A stretch of DNA of 61,952 nucleotides, the filler included, from Choristocarpus tenellus KU-1152 (Eukaryota; Protista; Phaeophyceae): NCBI GenBank assembly GCA_964200185.2. It is 9 parts of 9 records of this genome, joined end to end, with 100 filler letters (N's around TTAATTAATTAA, not from the genome) between each part and the next. Parts side by side here need not be neighbours in the genome. Positions count along the whole stretch, not along the records: positions 19,061 to 35,978 come from CAXNAD020000744.1; positions 36,079 to 41,272 come from CAXNAD020011551.1; 7 more parts are not named here. One strand, written 5' to 3'. Below are positions 27,401 through 39,459 of this stretch, piece by piece (position 1 is the first letter of the stretch; each line of letters starts with the position of its first letter). Position numbers and translations under genes: made by a program. The notes below the pieces were generated by a model. It did not search any database, had not been told where the DNA came from, and was given only the letters and a program-made list of their open reading frames with translations.

Positions 27401-30400
27401 TGTTTTGTGCTGCCAATGTAGATAGTATGTGTTTCTACAATGCATATTTTTGTAGCTCTGTTCCCTTTGTGGAAACCAAAAACTTGGTGCTGGTGGTGGA
27501 TATAAGATTAAGTCAACATTACTATTGCTGTATAGTACGTGAGTAAATTCATGTTTACACTATGAAATGTTTAGGGCATACAAAAACTGTATAGTTACAA
27601 AGCCTTTGTTGTAAGCATCGAAGACTCTTTTTTGGTGTTCATCATCCTTTCTTGTACGTTTCTTTCTCCCTTATGACACCACCTACAGCACACCTGGGCT
27701 TAAAAAGTACTATAAATTTATGTAGGGCAGAGGTGAGAGCACTGCAGCAGCACAGTATTAAATTATCTCATCTTTGTGTGTGTTCCAGTGCTGACTTTAC
27801 ACATCTGTAAATGCCTCGCATGTCTTGTGAGAGTCAACCCCTCAGGGTGGAAGGGAGAAGAGCAAGAAGCAACTATAAGGGAGTCATTTTTTAGTCTAGT
27901 CTTCTTTCTCCCCCTTGAGTTTTGTTCAGTCCTTGTGCTGCAGAGTAATTTGCAGGGTGGTTAGAGTCCTTGCAGGGTGCACGTGCATGTTGTGCATGGC
28001 TCACATTTAACCCTTGAGATACTGCATTTACTGTTCGGAGGCAGCCTTAACATATCGGAGCTTATCTATTTTTTCTTTGCTGAATCTTAGGTACAACTAA
28101 ATGTAGTTCGTGCACTACAATATATGCTGTGTGTATCTTTCACTGGTTCTTTTCCCTTTCCACCCAAACCTCAGGGTATGGATTGTCTCTGGCGTTCTAG
28201 AGTTCAATTTTTTCTTATCAAATAAGGATTTTCAATTCTCTTCTTGTCTCATCCCTATATTTCCACATTGCCAGATTTCTTCTGTAGCTTCACTCAATGT
28301 TTGATTGACTCGTCACTTTGCACCAGAGAGAGACCATACCTTGAGGATATCACACTGGGGCAGTTTTTTCCATTGAAAAGTCATTTCTTGAAGTGGATTT
28401 TAAAACGCCTTTACTTTGATTATTTTAACACGTTTGAAAGTCTTACAGAGGGTATTTGCATGCCCCATCGTTATCTCCTACTTACAGTTTACAGTGCCTC
28501 TGACATTGGCTGAAATGTACCCAACGAGTAACAGGGAAATACAAAGCACTCCGAAGTGTGATATGGTCTCGAAAACATTTACATTCAACTTCTTAACATC
28601 ACACAAAGGGAGGGGCTTGATTTTATTCAACAAATTAGTACAGGCGATCGTTAAATTGCATGTTGGCAACCAACCCCTACTATTGCAGCCCTTGTTATTC
28701 TTTCTGGTACTTGGTTGTGATATTCCACCACCTGCCATTCACCCCTCACATTTTCCTGTCTGACCCCTCGATCCTCAGTTGAACAGGTCTGGCCTTGTGT
28801 CATACATGGGTGACAGGGCCGACCTCAAGGTGCGTTGGTCGTGTGGATCGGTATTTGGCAAGCATTTTTATTCTCATATAATCGAGAAATATTTTGGTGA
28901 TATTGTTATGTCCAAATACCTGGAATTGATGATGAGTTTATATTTAAGTTGGAGGTAACTTGAGTTTATTGTTTGCGTACTGGGCATTAAAACGTTGGTA
29001 TTTGAGCATTGTCACTGTCTTGAGTAAGATGAGTACACTACTTGAACATATTTGGTGTGTTAGCATGTTTGGGATGACGACTGAAGGATGTGGCTTTGAA
29101 TTTTGCGATTGGATATGTAGCGAGGATAGAAGTTGTGCAAATATCATTTAGGGGTCTGGCTTGGACGGCAGGCATCCCTGCGCTGGGAGGTTGAGAAATG
29201 TACATGGAAATATTGGAGGTAGAGTGTGGCATACGGTGACTGCAATGTTTGAAAAGGGTAGGCTGAATATATGTGGGGATGGTATGAAGGAGTTAAAGTT
29301 GGGGGAACATGCTCACAACTGTCTCCTACCAGTTTTCCTCACACTAATACATCCAAATCAAGAGTTTTGTAAGATTGAAAAAGTCTCGTACCGTACCCGA
29401 GCGTTTGGGGCATGTTTGGCATCTCACTGGCGTCAGTAGTTTGGGCCCCAAGGAGTTGACCCCATTCATCTATCGGTAATCCAATAGCATGTTGATTTTA
29501 TGCCAAGGGTAAAAATAGAAAATTTAGGGTGTTCCGTCAATAGTTATGACAGGGAATCTCCTCTTCACTTCAGTTGTGAGGTTTGTATCTACATGCAGCT
29601 CCTCTTACAGCCTTGGTCCTGCTTGACGTTAGAGCTGCATTTCAGGCGAGACTGTGATTGAGCATGAATTTACAATCTGTCAGAAATTGAGTTTTCTGTC
29701 GCTGTTTGTAGATTAGATACATCCCTTACGGATGTTAATGTATTTGGTGAAAGTCTGAAGTGTCAATTCGATCCTGACTTTTCTGGTTCTAGCATACTCT
29801 GGGTTAAGTACTGTAAATATATGTATCCTCATCTCTCTCAAAGCATGAATGTTCACATGATATTTACATTCTTGATGGAGACAACCGTTTGATGTGGATC
29901 TCCAGTCTCACCCTTAGTTCAAAACCTCACTTCACCCTCCTTTGTGGGAATACAGGAGGAGGATGAACTTCCCGATGGGTGGGTGAAGAAGACAACTACC
30001 AATAGGAATACATGTAGGTCTAGCTATAGAGCCTTTCCCCCCCTTCCCGTTTCTCACCATTCCATACCTATCCCTTGCTAAGCATTCACTTCAACATTGT
30101 GTATAGAACCTGAGCTACCTACTATACAAGGGCCGTACAATATGATAGAGATGATAAGGGTTTCGTTCTGTGTTGCAGTGCAAATGTGCTGTCACTAGAG
30201 TCAATCCCATCAATCAATCTCCCCTTCTCCCCCACCTCTTCTGCTATCATGTCCAATAGGTAGTTTCGTGTTGTATTTTGCTAGTGGCGATCTTAGAGGT
30301 AGTAGGGTTGTACATTTCTACCTGCCTCCTCCCTCCCCCCCTTCCCCTGATTATGGTAGGTTGCAATACAGCCGTATTTGTAAGGTCGTATTTTCAGTGA

Positions 30401-33220
30401 CTACTGTCCTTGCAAATCGGATATTAAAGTACCTTGTATGTATCCTCTCGTTTCTTACGAATTTATGGTAGACACTCTCCTTCTTTCCCCTTGCACATAT
30501 ATTGGGGAGGCTCTCCTTGTTGAATGTATTTCTACTGTGTGTATCATTCATACGCACATCTGCGGCTTTTTTCCAGAAAGAAACGTTTTCCGCGTTTTTT
30601 TGTAACGGCTTGGGGTTCTGTTGTCTTCAATTGAGCTCATCACTTCAGACCTGTTTGATTGTGATATATTCCGAGTGCCTACTTGTATGGTGGGTTGTTA
30701 ATGTGTCTATTGTGACCCAGCCCAAATGAAATGACTTTGGATTGGCCAAGAGCCAAAGTAAACCAGAGGTCCTCAGTTTTTGCCCGTAACACATTATAAG
30801 TCAGTTTTTCAATCTTTTGCAATTCGCCCATATTTCTATGGATGAAGTGCTAACTTTGACTCATGAGAGTTAGTTCATTCTTTGTTTGAAATATTTGGAC
30901 ATAATTCGGAATATATCCTACACACACTACTACCAAAAAAAGTCGAGTTTTGCATATTTTTGCCGACATCCTTAAAATACAACTTTGAGCACCTCTCCCT
31001 TACTTTGTCTCCAAGCGCTCATCTACTCATCTCTCGTCCTCCCGTCCCTTCGACTTGTGCTATTGTACCAATGTATACTTCGTGGCCAACTTCGCATTCT
31101 GTCACTGCAGACTACCAGGACGAAATCAACAAGGTGGTGAATATTTCAAGTGTACATGAACAGCTTCACATTTTGATGGCGACTTCTTTTCTGGATAATA
31201 CCTGGTTATTTTTGCTATTATTATCCTCTCATAAAAGGACTGATGTGTGAGCTGGCATAGGATGAAAAGTTCGTGAGCCCATGTCTTGTAATAACATATT
31301 TTGACGTGCTTTTTCTTATTGACCCCTTTTCACCTGTGCAGTCCCACCTCCTCCCCCCCTGGTGCAGACAATAGCTTGATGTGTTCTGTACTGTATATCT
31401 GTTGATCTAGTATGTCAAAATCATGACCTAAGACCAACTCAGATCAATGTTCCCTTTGCTTGTACCAAAAAACCCCGATGTACTGCCGGTCTGGAATAAA
31501 AAAACTTCGATTGAAGACAACCTCTTGGGAGAGACCCACACCCCAAGGGACACCGGTGTTCAACCGCCCTACATCTCTTCCCTCAAGGCTGAGCAGGGCT
31601 CAGCAAGTAGGCCCCCCTGCACCATGCTCTGCAGTGGGGCAGAGCATGTCCCAACTGGAGCAGGCACCTGAAAGCCCACCCTGTGCCCCGCAATCCATAG
31701 TGCCAAGGCCAAGAAGTAGGTTACCTCAGCAGCCTTCGCGTGGGGGTGGGCGATCTCCTCAGAGATTCAGTTGGCCATTTTCCATGGCATCACCAAGACG
31801 ATGTTCTTCTCCGATTGGTCCATCCAAGAAGTCATCATCTCTAGTGTCACCACCGAGAACAATTATGGCGCCAGTTGGGCTCTCAGCGGTAGGCTCTCAA
31901 TCCTTGATGCAAGGGGGGGGGCACCTCCCAGGAAATAGCGCAGTACCTCAAGGATGGTGTGTGGAATTCAGTGAGAGGGGTACACCTTGTGAGTAATCCC
32001 ATATGCAATGTTTGCCCAAATCCTTTCAACCACGCCTCGTTGACCTTCCCACCCCCAACCAATAGCTGTATACTTTGAGCAGTTTGACTTTCTGGGGGAA
32101 TATTCTCAAGAGTATTGGGCTACCTTGGGGAGCTAAGTGTAAGATTTGGAGCTTTTCCTTGTTACCAATTTTTTAAGTATGCAAATGCAGTCATTTTTAG
32201 GTTGTATAGGAGTATCCCACAGGATTGACGACACAATTATGCTAGTAGAACTCTGTTCAGTGCTGAGAGCACCAGTTGTTTTGTTGAGGACTAGGTGAAA
32301 AACATCAAGGACTGTTAGGCACAAGTGTCATATCCATCTGAAGCGGGTGATAATTGACTCATGAGAATAATGATGTTTGATTACTATTGCCTAACATTTC
32401 CCTCTTTATGCCCCCCTTTCTTCATGGTTGGACTCCTTGGTGGCTCACTCCCGCCTCGTGTTCACTCGATTGGGGTCCCATCCAGTTTTGAGAAACCCTA
32501 TGACAGGGGAGACTTCGGTGAGATTGGGTGTTGTTGGGTATCCACAGATGACTACAGCACTTGGCATGTGTTACCCAGACTCAGGCCTATCAAATACATC
32601 TAACCTCTCTACCACAAAACAATCACTATTGAGAAAAATATCTTTCCAGGATTGAGGGTGACCCTGTCCAATGTGAATACCAATTGGGGGTTCCCCCCTG
32701 GGTAGGTACACTTGACTGTTCCTAGCCAATGCAGTTGGAACTGAAAATGAACCTGTTTTTTTGTGTTGTTAAACGGCACCGATCGATGAAGATCTGGCGA
32801 GTAGTATTTGGTGATGAAGTAAGCAGGCTGTTTCTGAGGATACACGTGCTGACCTCCACTGTATGGCATAAGCTCAGTTTGAGTTTTCTTTGACAGGGTG
32901 TAATGAAGAGCTTAGGTGGGGTTACAGTGTGGTTCCTCTTTTCTGTAATGTGTGTCTGGTCACATATCAACTCACAATAGATCCATTGTTCCACCCCGTC
33001 CCTGCTGATTCCTGTCCTGATGTGATGTGGTACCTGATCAGCGGATTCATCCCATATAGGGGATTGTTCAATAGTTTGAGTGATGTATATCGCCATGGAG
33101 GCAGAATCAGAACCCCTGGGAAGAGGGGAGAAATGCAGAGGTGATGATAATTGTGCTGCTACAACCATGTGCCGACCTGGAGACCAGTGCAGCTTGTTTT
33201 AGTGGGAGAGAGATAGATGA
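22448..33220 (+). CDS. Two-TM PAC(TMEM206)/ASIC-ENaC-like putative ion channel with three C-terminal WW domains (~620 aa)
   Basis: Phase-consistent exons 22448-22536, 22681-22828, 23061-23177, 23437-23526, 23990-24172, 24690-24764, 25046-25217, 26068-26210, 27045-27233, 28779-28829, 29956-30013, 31111-31133, 31517-31988, 32486-32517, and a tentative last exon 33203-33220. TM1 is LLWALALVLFVVYIAIIIV, followed by SPTASIKIK...FPDVALC. TM2 is ESIEEMDPVDMWAIIGAIGGVWDIICVGFGIFFVY. WW1 is LPPDWLKKKRPNGSVYYINMRTGEFLDKSP, WW2 is LPDGWVKKTTTNRNTYYQDEINKTTSWERP, WW3 is VPQGWCVEFSERGTPFLRNPMTGETS(W). Confidence 0.75.
25711..25922. repeat. Intronic tandem duplication, two ~110-bp units
   Basis: tcttggaa(a)tcttggtttgactatgtcaacagtt...atttgtacttgga.tccact.ttccagtacg occurs twice in tandem. 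Confidence 0.85.
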
Positions 33221-34721
33221 GCTTGACCTTGAGGTCCAGCCTTCAACTTTTCTTGGGTTATATTTCAATCAAAATAGGAACACTTGAGTGCTCACTATGG
33301 AGACAATTTTGATTTCCCATGTTGAGTTTGTGTCTTGGTAGTATTTGTATTAACAGTTTAGACTAGAGTGTGCTGCTTTCCGCACATGGTTGTTTTTGGT
33401 TTCCTTGTATAAGTATTGTTGTAGAATGTGCTCTTTCGCCACAACATGCTTCTTTGGAAGTTTTTGTTTCTTGTACTACTGTAGATATGTTCAATAGGTT
33501 CAAGTAGTACAGTTTCCTACGCTTTTTTTCTCCTTTGAGGAATAGTTGACTGTACTACTGTGCTGAACTGCAATGTTATTTTACATATCGTATAAGGGCA
33601 TGTATTCGTATTGTTGTGTCATACAGGTATTTTACCATACACATGTACTACTACACAGGACTTTTCGTCTTTTTGTTCAAATTTAGAAAAAGCACGAATT
33701 TGGAGTTTGTGTGAGAGTGACTTGAGGTATAGCGAAACATATTTTCACTTTTCTGTATGTTTTAGTGCACAGTGGTGATATCAGTAAAACATAAAGCTGT
33801 ATATTTCAAGTTCATAATGGAGTGCAATTATAACATTTCACGATTGAAAGGACGTAATAGTGACTGAAGTTTATCGATTTTATCAGGATTCGGGTTAGTG
33901 GGTTGTTCATTATCACAAACCTCGTGACCTACCTGGAAGACTCAGTTGTTTCGCCATTGATCTTCATCGCTTTTGATGCAGGATGATGTTCCCGGTCAGT
34001 GATGATTCTTGGATTCAAGGCACGAAAGTTGACCTATTGGAAGTAGATGATTGGTACTCCATGCTATTTGTTAACCTTTCCCCTTTTTTCTTTGAGGTGC
34101 ATAATTTGCATGTATACTATTAGTACATGACGGTTCTTTCAGCCAAGAACGGATTGCAAAAGACGGGTTCATACCTACTTCCTATCATACCATCTCTTAA
34201 GATGGTTGAGTCAAGAAAAAAATTCAAGACCAACAGGGTACTTTAAGCCATCATGAGGAATCATTCCCACCATGATTCAGCCTCAATTCAAGCCGTCAAC
34301 ACCTCTTGTGCATAAAACATCAACGGCAGACACACACCCCCATACAACACAACATGCCATTATCCTTCAGTGAGAAAAGAAATCCCACTTCAGTCATGTA
34401 CTCACGAGTACACAATTTAAATGATGATAATAACCCTTTCCACATAAGAGTAAATGGATAAGTACATATAAACCCTTGCAAACTGGATGTCTCCTACCCT
34501 TCTCAGAGTATGGAAGCATCTCAATCGTGCTGGTCAAAAGACTGCGCATAAAAAATGAACTCAAATTCGACAAGGGAATTTGAACTAGTTCTGTAGAGGT
34601 CCAGCCTCAAGCAGAATCTGCAATACAGTGTGATGTCTGCGCATTGTACAACATAAAATGTCTCATACATGAAACCAGTAAGAAAGTTCAACTGTTGAAC
34701 TTTCTTCGCATGAGAAAACCC

Positions 34722-35978
34722 TCAGCTCTGCTGACCAAATCCGGCAACAAAGATGACAATAGCCAACATCAGAGAAAACGCACACAGCTCCATCAAGAGC
34801 CGCCTACGCGATTCAGGCTTCACCTGCTTTGATAAAAATTACGGGGTATTTTGAGGGGTGAGGGGCAGTAAGGGGAAGCATGAAATCCATTAAGATATGA
34901 AAAGAACACTGGGTGAGCACGATGTATGAAAGTGGAATGTGTGCAATAATCATGGTAGTTTTTGCAGGTTGTGGTATCAACACCACAATGCACTATAATG
35001 TCATAGCAGAGATATTTTATATTCCATGGTTCCATGCCGAGTACTAGGGCAGTGGAAGCAGTTCACACCAAACAAAGTCACAGGATCATGTACTTGATTT
35101 GCAGTTTCATTTGGGGGGCGGAGGGGGGGAGAGGGGGTGGACTGGGTTGGGATGAGTGTCATAAACCAGAAGAGGTGCGACTGGATGTCATATGAGATCT
35201 GTTGAATAGTGGACTGAGTTGAGGCCACAGCCACAGAATCCCATCCACCTAATGTTCAGGGTTGGAAACCTTGGTGGACTCTGCAGGACAATGTAAAGGG
35301 TTACACACAAATACCACACATTGCAAGTATACCAATTGAGTTCGCGATTCATTCATTGCACAGACACAGCTTTAGACTGTGGGAGAGTACACAAGTGGTG
35401 AGTTGACATGGATAGGATACGGGATATGCCTTTAATGCAATTCATAATATCGTATAGCCTACACATTGCTGTTGTAAGGAAGTATGCTCAATTTTGTCAC
35501 TGCAATACCCTATACTTGAAAGACAAAAGCAACACAAGCACCACAGCTAGAAAAACAACTGCACTGTAGAGGTGTGACTACTGTGTATTAGTTAGAGCCA
35601 TGACACACGTGTATCAATTGCTCGTTCAACACCTGAAGAGCACCCCCTCTGTAGCAAAATATTGAGGCCAACACCCTGTAAAAACAAAAGAGAAGAATCT
35701 GCCACCCTGTCAAGCCTAGTATGCAACTCCTGAGAGCACATCACATCATCAATCAACCTCTTCCAGGGCAGATAGATCCCTCTCTCCAGTCACCTTTGTC
35801 AGGCACCACACCCTGATGGGGTTGGTGTGGCCCCCACTTGAAGCTCGTCCACTAGAGATCTCCATGCGGGCATAGGGAAGCCCCTCCAAGTTGGAGCAGA
35901 GTAAGCGCTCTTCCTTGGCCTTATCGCCCCCCCCCTGCCCTCCCCCAAGCCCCTCCGTTCCCATACCAGAGTCGATCC
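34722..35978 (-). CDS. 3' end of an unidentified gene with a C-terminal hydrophobic (tail-anchor-like) segment
   Basis: Candidate terminal exon 34722-34823 follows a cag acceptor and reads VKPESRRRLLMELCAFSLMLAIVIFVAGFGQQS*. A candidate upstream exon at ~35794-35978 is open to the contig end. Confidence 0.45.
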
Positions 35979-36078
35979 NNNNNNNNNNNNNNNNNNNNNN
36001 NNNNNNNNNNNNNNNNNNNNNNTTAATTAATTAANNNNNNNNNNNNNNNNNNNNNNNNNNNNNNNNNNNNNNNNNNNN
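35979..36078. other. Artificial contig linker
   Basis: N44-TTAATTAATTAA-N44. Confidence 0.97.
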
Positions 36079-36370
36079 GCGAAGGGGGTTCGCCCTGTTT
36101 GGCCATCAGATGTGGGGGTGACTGGAAATCAGGGGTGAAGGGGGGTTCGCTCTGGTTGGTCATCAGATGTAGGGGGTGATTGGAAATCAGTGGTGAAAGG
36201 GGTTCGCCCTGGTTGGTCATCAGAGGTGGATGGTGGCTGGAAATCAGTGGCGAAGAGGTCGCACTGGTTGGTCACAAGGGTTGTTAGAATGTGGAGAGAT
36301 AAGGGAATAGGGAGGAATACAAACGTAGAATAAAATAATAATAATCCAAAATTCGCGAGCAAAACACAGT
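36079..36370. repeat. ~59-bp minisatellite array plus conserved flank (dispersed repeat D)
   Basis: Unit tggaaatcagtggcgaagggggttcgccctggttggtcatcaga... The same array and flank recur at 48598-48885. Confidence 0.85.
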
Positions 36371-36449
36371 CGAAATATATGAAAAAAATATGCAAACTCG
36401 ACGTTTTGACCCTGTCGCACTAATGAAAGAGGATGGAGAGTTGTAAAAG

Positions 36450-36480
<31 letters not shown>

Positions 36481-37309
36481 TTGTAAGTCTATTTGTTCTA
36501 GTTCAACGTCGTCACAAACATATACATAAATTTCAATATATATGCGAAGAGAGAAAAATTCCCCTTTTTAAATTTCCTATTTGATTCTCGATGAAAAGGA
36601 ACACCTGAACTAGCCTTGTTTAGGACCCCAATATATATACTACTATTTTGTAGGGGTACAAACATTTGGTAAGGGCGGTTGTTCTTTCATTGATTAGGGT
36701 TAGGTTGTCATATAATCGACAAGAAGAAAGTGTCACAGGCGATATGTCTTGATGGTGGTTTCATAAACACCATTATGACATTAAAGTTCGAGATTTGATA
36801 TATTTGTACTTCTTGATTATTTGTTTATTATTTGGTCATTATGGTCCCCGATTGTGACAGATATTGTTATCAGTCCCTTTTTATACCATGATATTTACGA
36901 TAATCCAAGTGAGAGATCCAGCATACTTGACTACTTGTGCATCAGGAGTCCTATACCTACATCGGCATCATCTATACGACCGTGAAATGGAGCTATACAT
37001 CCTGGGGAGGTAAGTTTTCTGGGGCGCCTGTAACAAAAGCGGTCAAAAAGACCATAATCCCTTGATCAAGGGATCTAGGTGCGTATATCTTCCACGAGGA
37101 TCGGGCTCATCTGTCGCCATCCCTGTGCGCTGTATGTAACGCTAAACGCCGGGCGTGTTGGAGGGAAAACGACGACAGGACTTCCTCTTCATGCAAGGTG
37201 ATCAGGTGCATATTGACTCGATGATGATGTAACCCGACCGCAACATGCCATCCTCCCTGGACCTGACTCGATGCGCAAAACATTTTCTCTCTCTCCTTCT
37301 GTTGGTTTC

Positions 37310-37500
37310 GAGCCAAAGTATCTTAGATGGTAGAGCCGCGTCCATTTGGGGACCAAAATCCACTGTTGCGATTTTGATGTCATTATGGCTATTGTGTTGT
37401 TAGGAATTGTCAATATCCTTGTTCCGGACACACCATTTCATAACGTATACATTTTACCCACTCCGAAACCTTTTGGAGTAGGAAAATAAACAAAAAACTG
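37310..37500. mobile_element. MITE family A copy, truncated at one end
   Basis: gagccaaagtatcttagatggtagagccgcgtccatttgggg... Confidence 0.8.
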
Positions 37501-37514
37501 AAACGATTGAAGTC

Positions 37515-39189
37515 CTATTTCAATTGGTGGGCGGAGTCAAAATGGCTTTCCTCACCCTTCTCCCGCCACTCTACAAGCTTCGGGTATGCATCGGTTAGAA
37601 GGTTCCAGGTATTTAGGTGCGTGGAGTACCTGTCCTTCCCCGGTTCGGGTTTGACGAGGCTCATGAAGATGGCCTTCTGTTCACGGGCTGCTTCCACATG
37701 CTCGGGATGCAACATGCTGCTGGACTTCTCTCCACAATCGCTGAGTTTTATCTTGGTGGCCTCATGGACGTAGCAGTCATCCCTGAATACATGATTTTTG
37801 GTCGCTCTACCAGCCTTCATGAGCCTGAGCTCATGGTCGTATATGACTTATGTGAGGATTTGAGTCTGTACTCGGTACTGTGAAAAATCAGGTTTTGTTG
37901 CCGATTGTAGGAGCTCGGTAATGCACGCCTCCATGAAGGCGTGTGTGATCCCCACGACGAATGCATTGCCGGAGTTGACCGCATCCTCCGTGATGCAGTC
38001 GTTTTCACCATTAGCGGACGTTTCGTCGTCATCCTCATACCTCGTAGTAGATGGCGCTGCAGTTTCTGCATCTCTGCCCTTTCCGACAGAAGCAAAGACA
38101 TCACCCGCAAAAAAGATTGGTTCTAAATCGCGTCCGTCATTCCCATGAGGCTGTTTGAAAGGTCTGATGCATCCAGCACCTTCTCTCAAACTCTTCTTCC
38201 TAATGACCGTCGTTTTGGCCTTCCCTCTACCTCTTGCGGAAGGCTTGTCCCTATGTGAGGAACCTGACGATTTCAAATCAACCGTTGGTGTTGTTGACTC
38301 GGCATGGGCAGAGTCCCCACTTCACTCCAAAGTATCATCCTTCCTTTTTCCCTCTACCTGTTGGGTTGGGATCGACGGACTCATCGCCGCTGCTGCTTAC
38401 CGCATGGATGTTTGAGGACATTACAGGATCACTCCTGACAGGCATGGACTCTGAGTCCGTGTGTAGCTCCCCCCCCACGTCCTCCTGGACATCTTCCTCT
38501 GGACATGACAAAACGCTACAATCAGGCCGGTCCCCATCGCCTTCAGAGTCGTGTTCCGAGGGTGTTGTTGGATGCCTTCCCCCATGGCGTGTCCCGCTTC
38601 CCGCACCTACAGTAGGGTTAGGCGATGGCGTTTCCTGTTCCTTTTCATCACCTAGTGGATCGGGTCCTCCACAAGGTTCAGGCGTGGATATGCCACCAGC
38701 TATCGATGTCTTCGACAATGCAAAATTCCAGAAGGTGGAGAGTCCGTTGATGAGGAGTTGGATACGATTTGGATCGTGGTTGTCCCCGAGGGTGGTGCAT
38801 GTGTTTACGATGCCTCCTGGTCGGGTCTGGAGAAGGGCGACTACACTCTCGTGGGCTGCGCTCGTTTCTGCCTTGAACTTGTCAATGTCGTGCTCGGACG
38901 TGGCGTTATTCTCTGGCGTAAACAATGCTTGTGTCTTGGGTTAGCTCTGTAATGGTGAACGAGTAGGCAAAGGATGAGACGAAGTAGGAGGCAAAACACG
39001 AGGAGAAGGGCGAGATCGAGGAGGCAAAGGATGGGTCAGAGGTTGATGAAAAGGAGATAGCGAACGAAGATATAGAGGAGGAGGCAAAGGCTGAGAAAAA
39101 GATGGAAGCAAAGGACTACGTGCGGTTTGACATACTTGGGCGGATTCTTTGAGGCCATAAATTAGGGAGACAAGCAGGGCTTGTATCAT
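37515..39189 (-). pseudogene. Decayed long, apparently intronless ORF of unknown family (probably TE-derived)
   Basis: ORFs 38941-39189, 38335-38925, 37848-38276 and 37515-37820 are co-linear, separated only by single stops or a frameshift, and bracketed by MITE insertions. Confidence 0.4.
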
Positions 39190-39320
39190 AGGGTTAAGAG
39201 GATGCGGATAGGACTATAGGACATGAACCGCAACATAATTTCCCGTCTGCGCACTGGGTTGTGTCGATCGACACAACACAGCGAAAGTATGAATAAATCT
39301 GTTCGACGAGCATCTTCGAA

Positions 39321-39459
39321 ATATGTATGTCCTTGTTCCGGACACACTTTTCATAACGTACACATTTTACCTACTCCGAAATATTTNNNNNNNNNNGGTA
39401 AGCCAAGCCCCAAATGGACAAACAGGGAAAAACTCGTACCCTCTAAGATACTTTCACTC
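39321..39459. mobile_element. MITE family A partial copy (contains a 10-N gap)
   Basis: ...aagccaagccccaaatggacaaacagggaaaaactcgtaccctctaagatactttcactc. Confidence 0.8.

Noticed and set aside
31447-31671. QPPY (PY-like WW ligand) in the channel tail
   Set aside because: It lies in a different frame from the one that completes WW2 (TTSWERP), and it is not a true PPxY.
36079-36285. CRISPR-like repeat-spacer array
   Set aside because: The units are degenerate along their whole length with no unique spacers, the context is eukaryotic, and there are no cas genes.
38234-38944. 236-aa plus-strand ORF and other short ORF-track entries
   Set aside because: These are antisense shadows of minus-strand frames, or chance ORFs in introns and MITEs, with no recognisable motifs.
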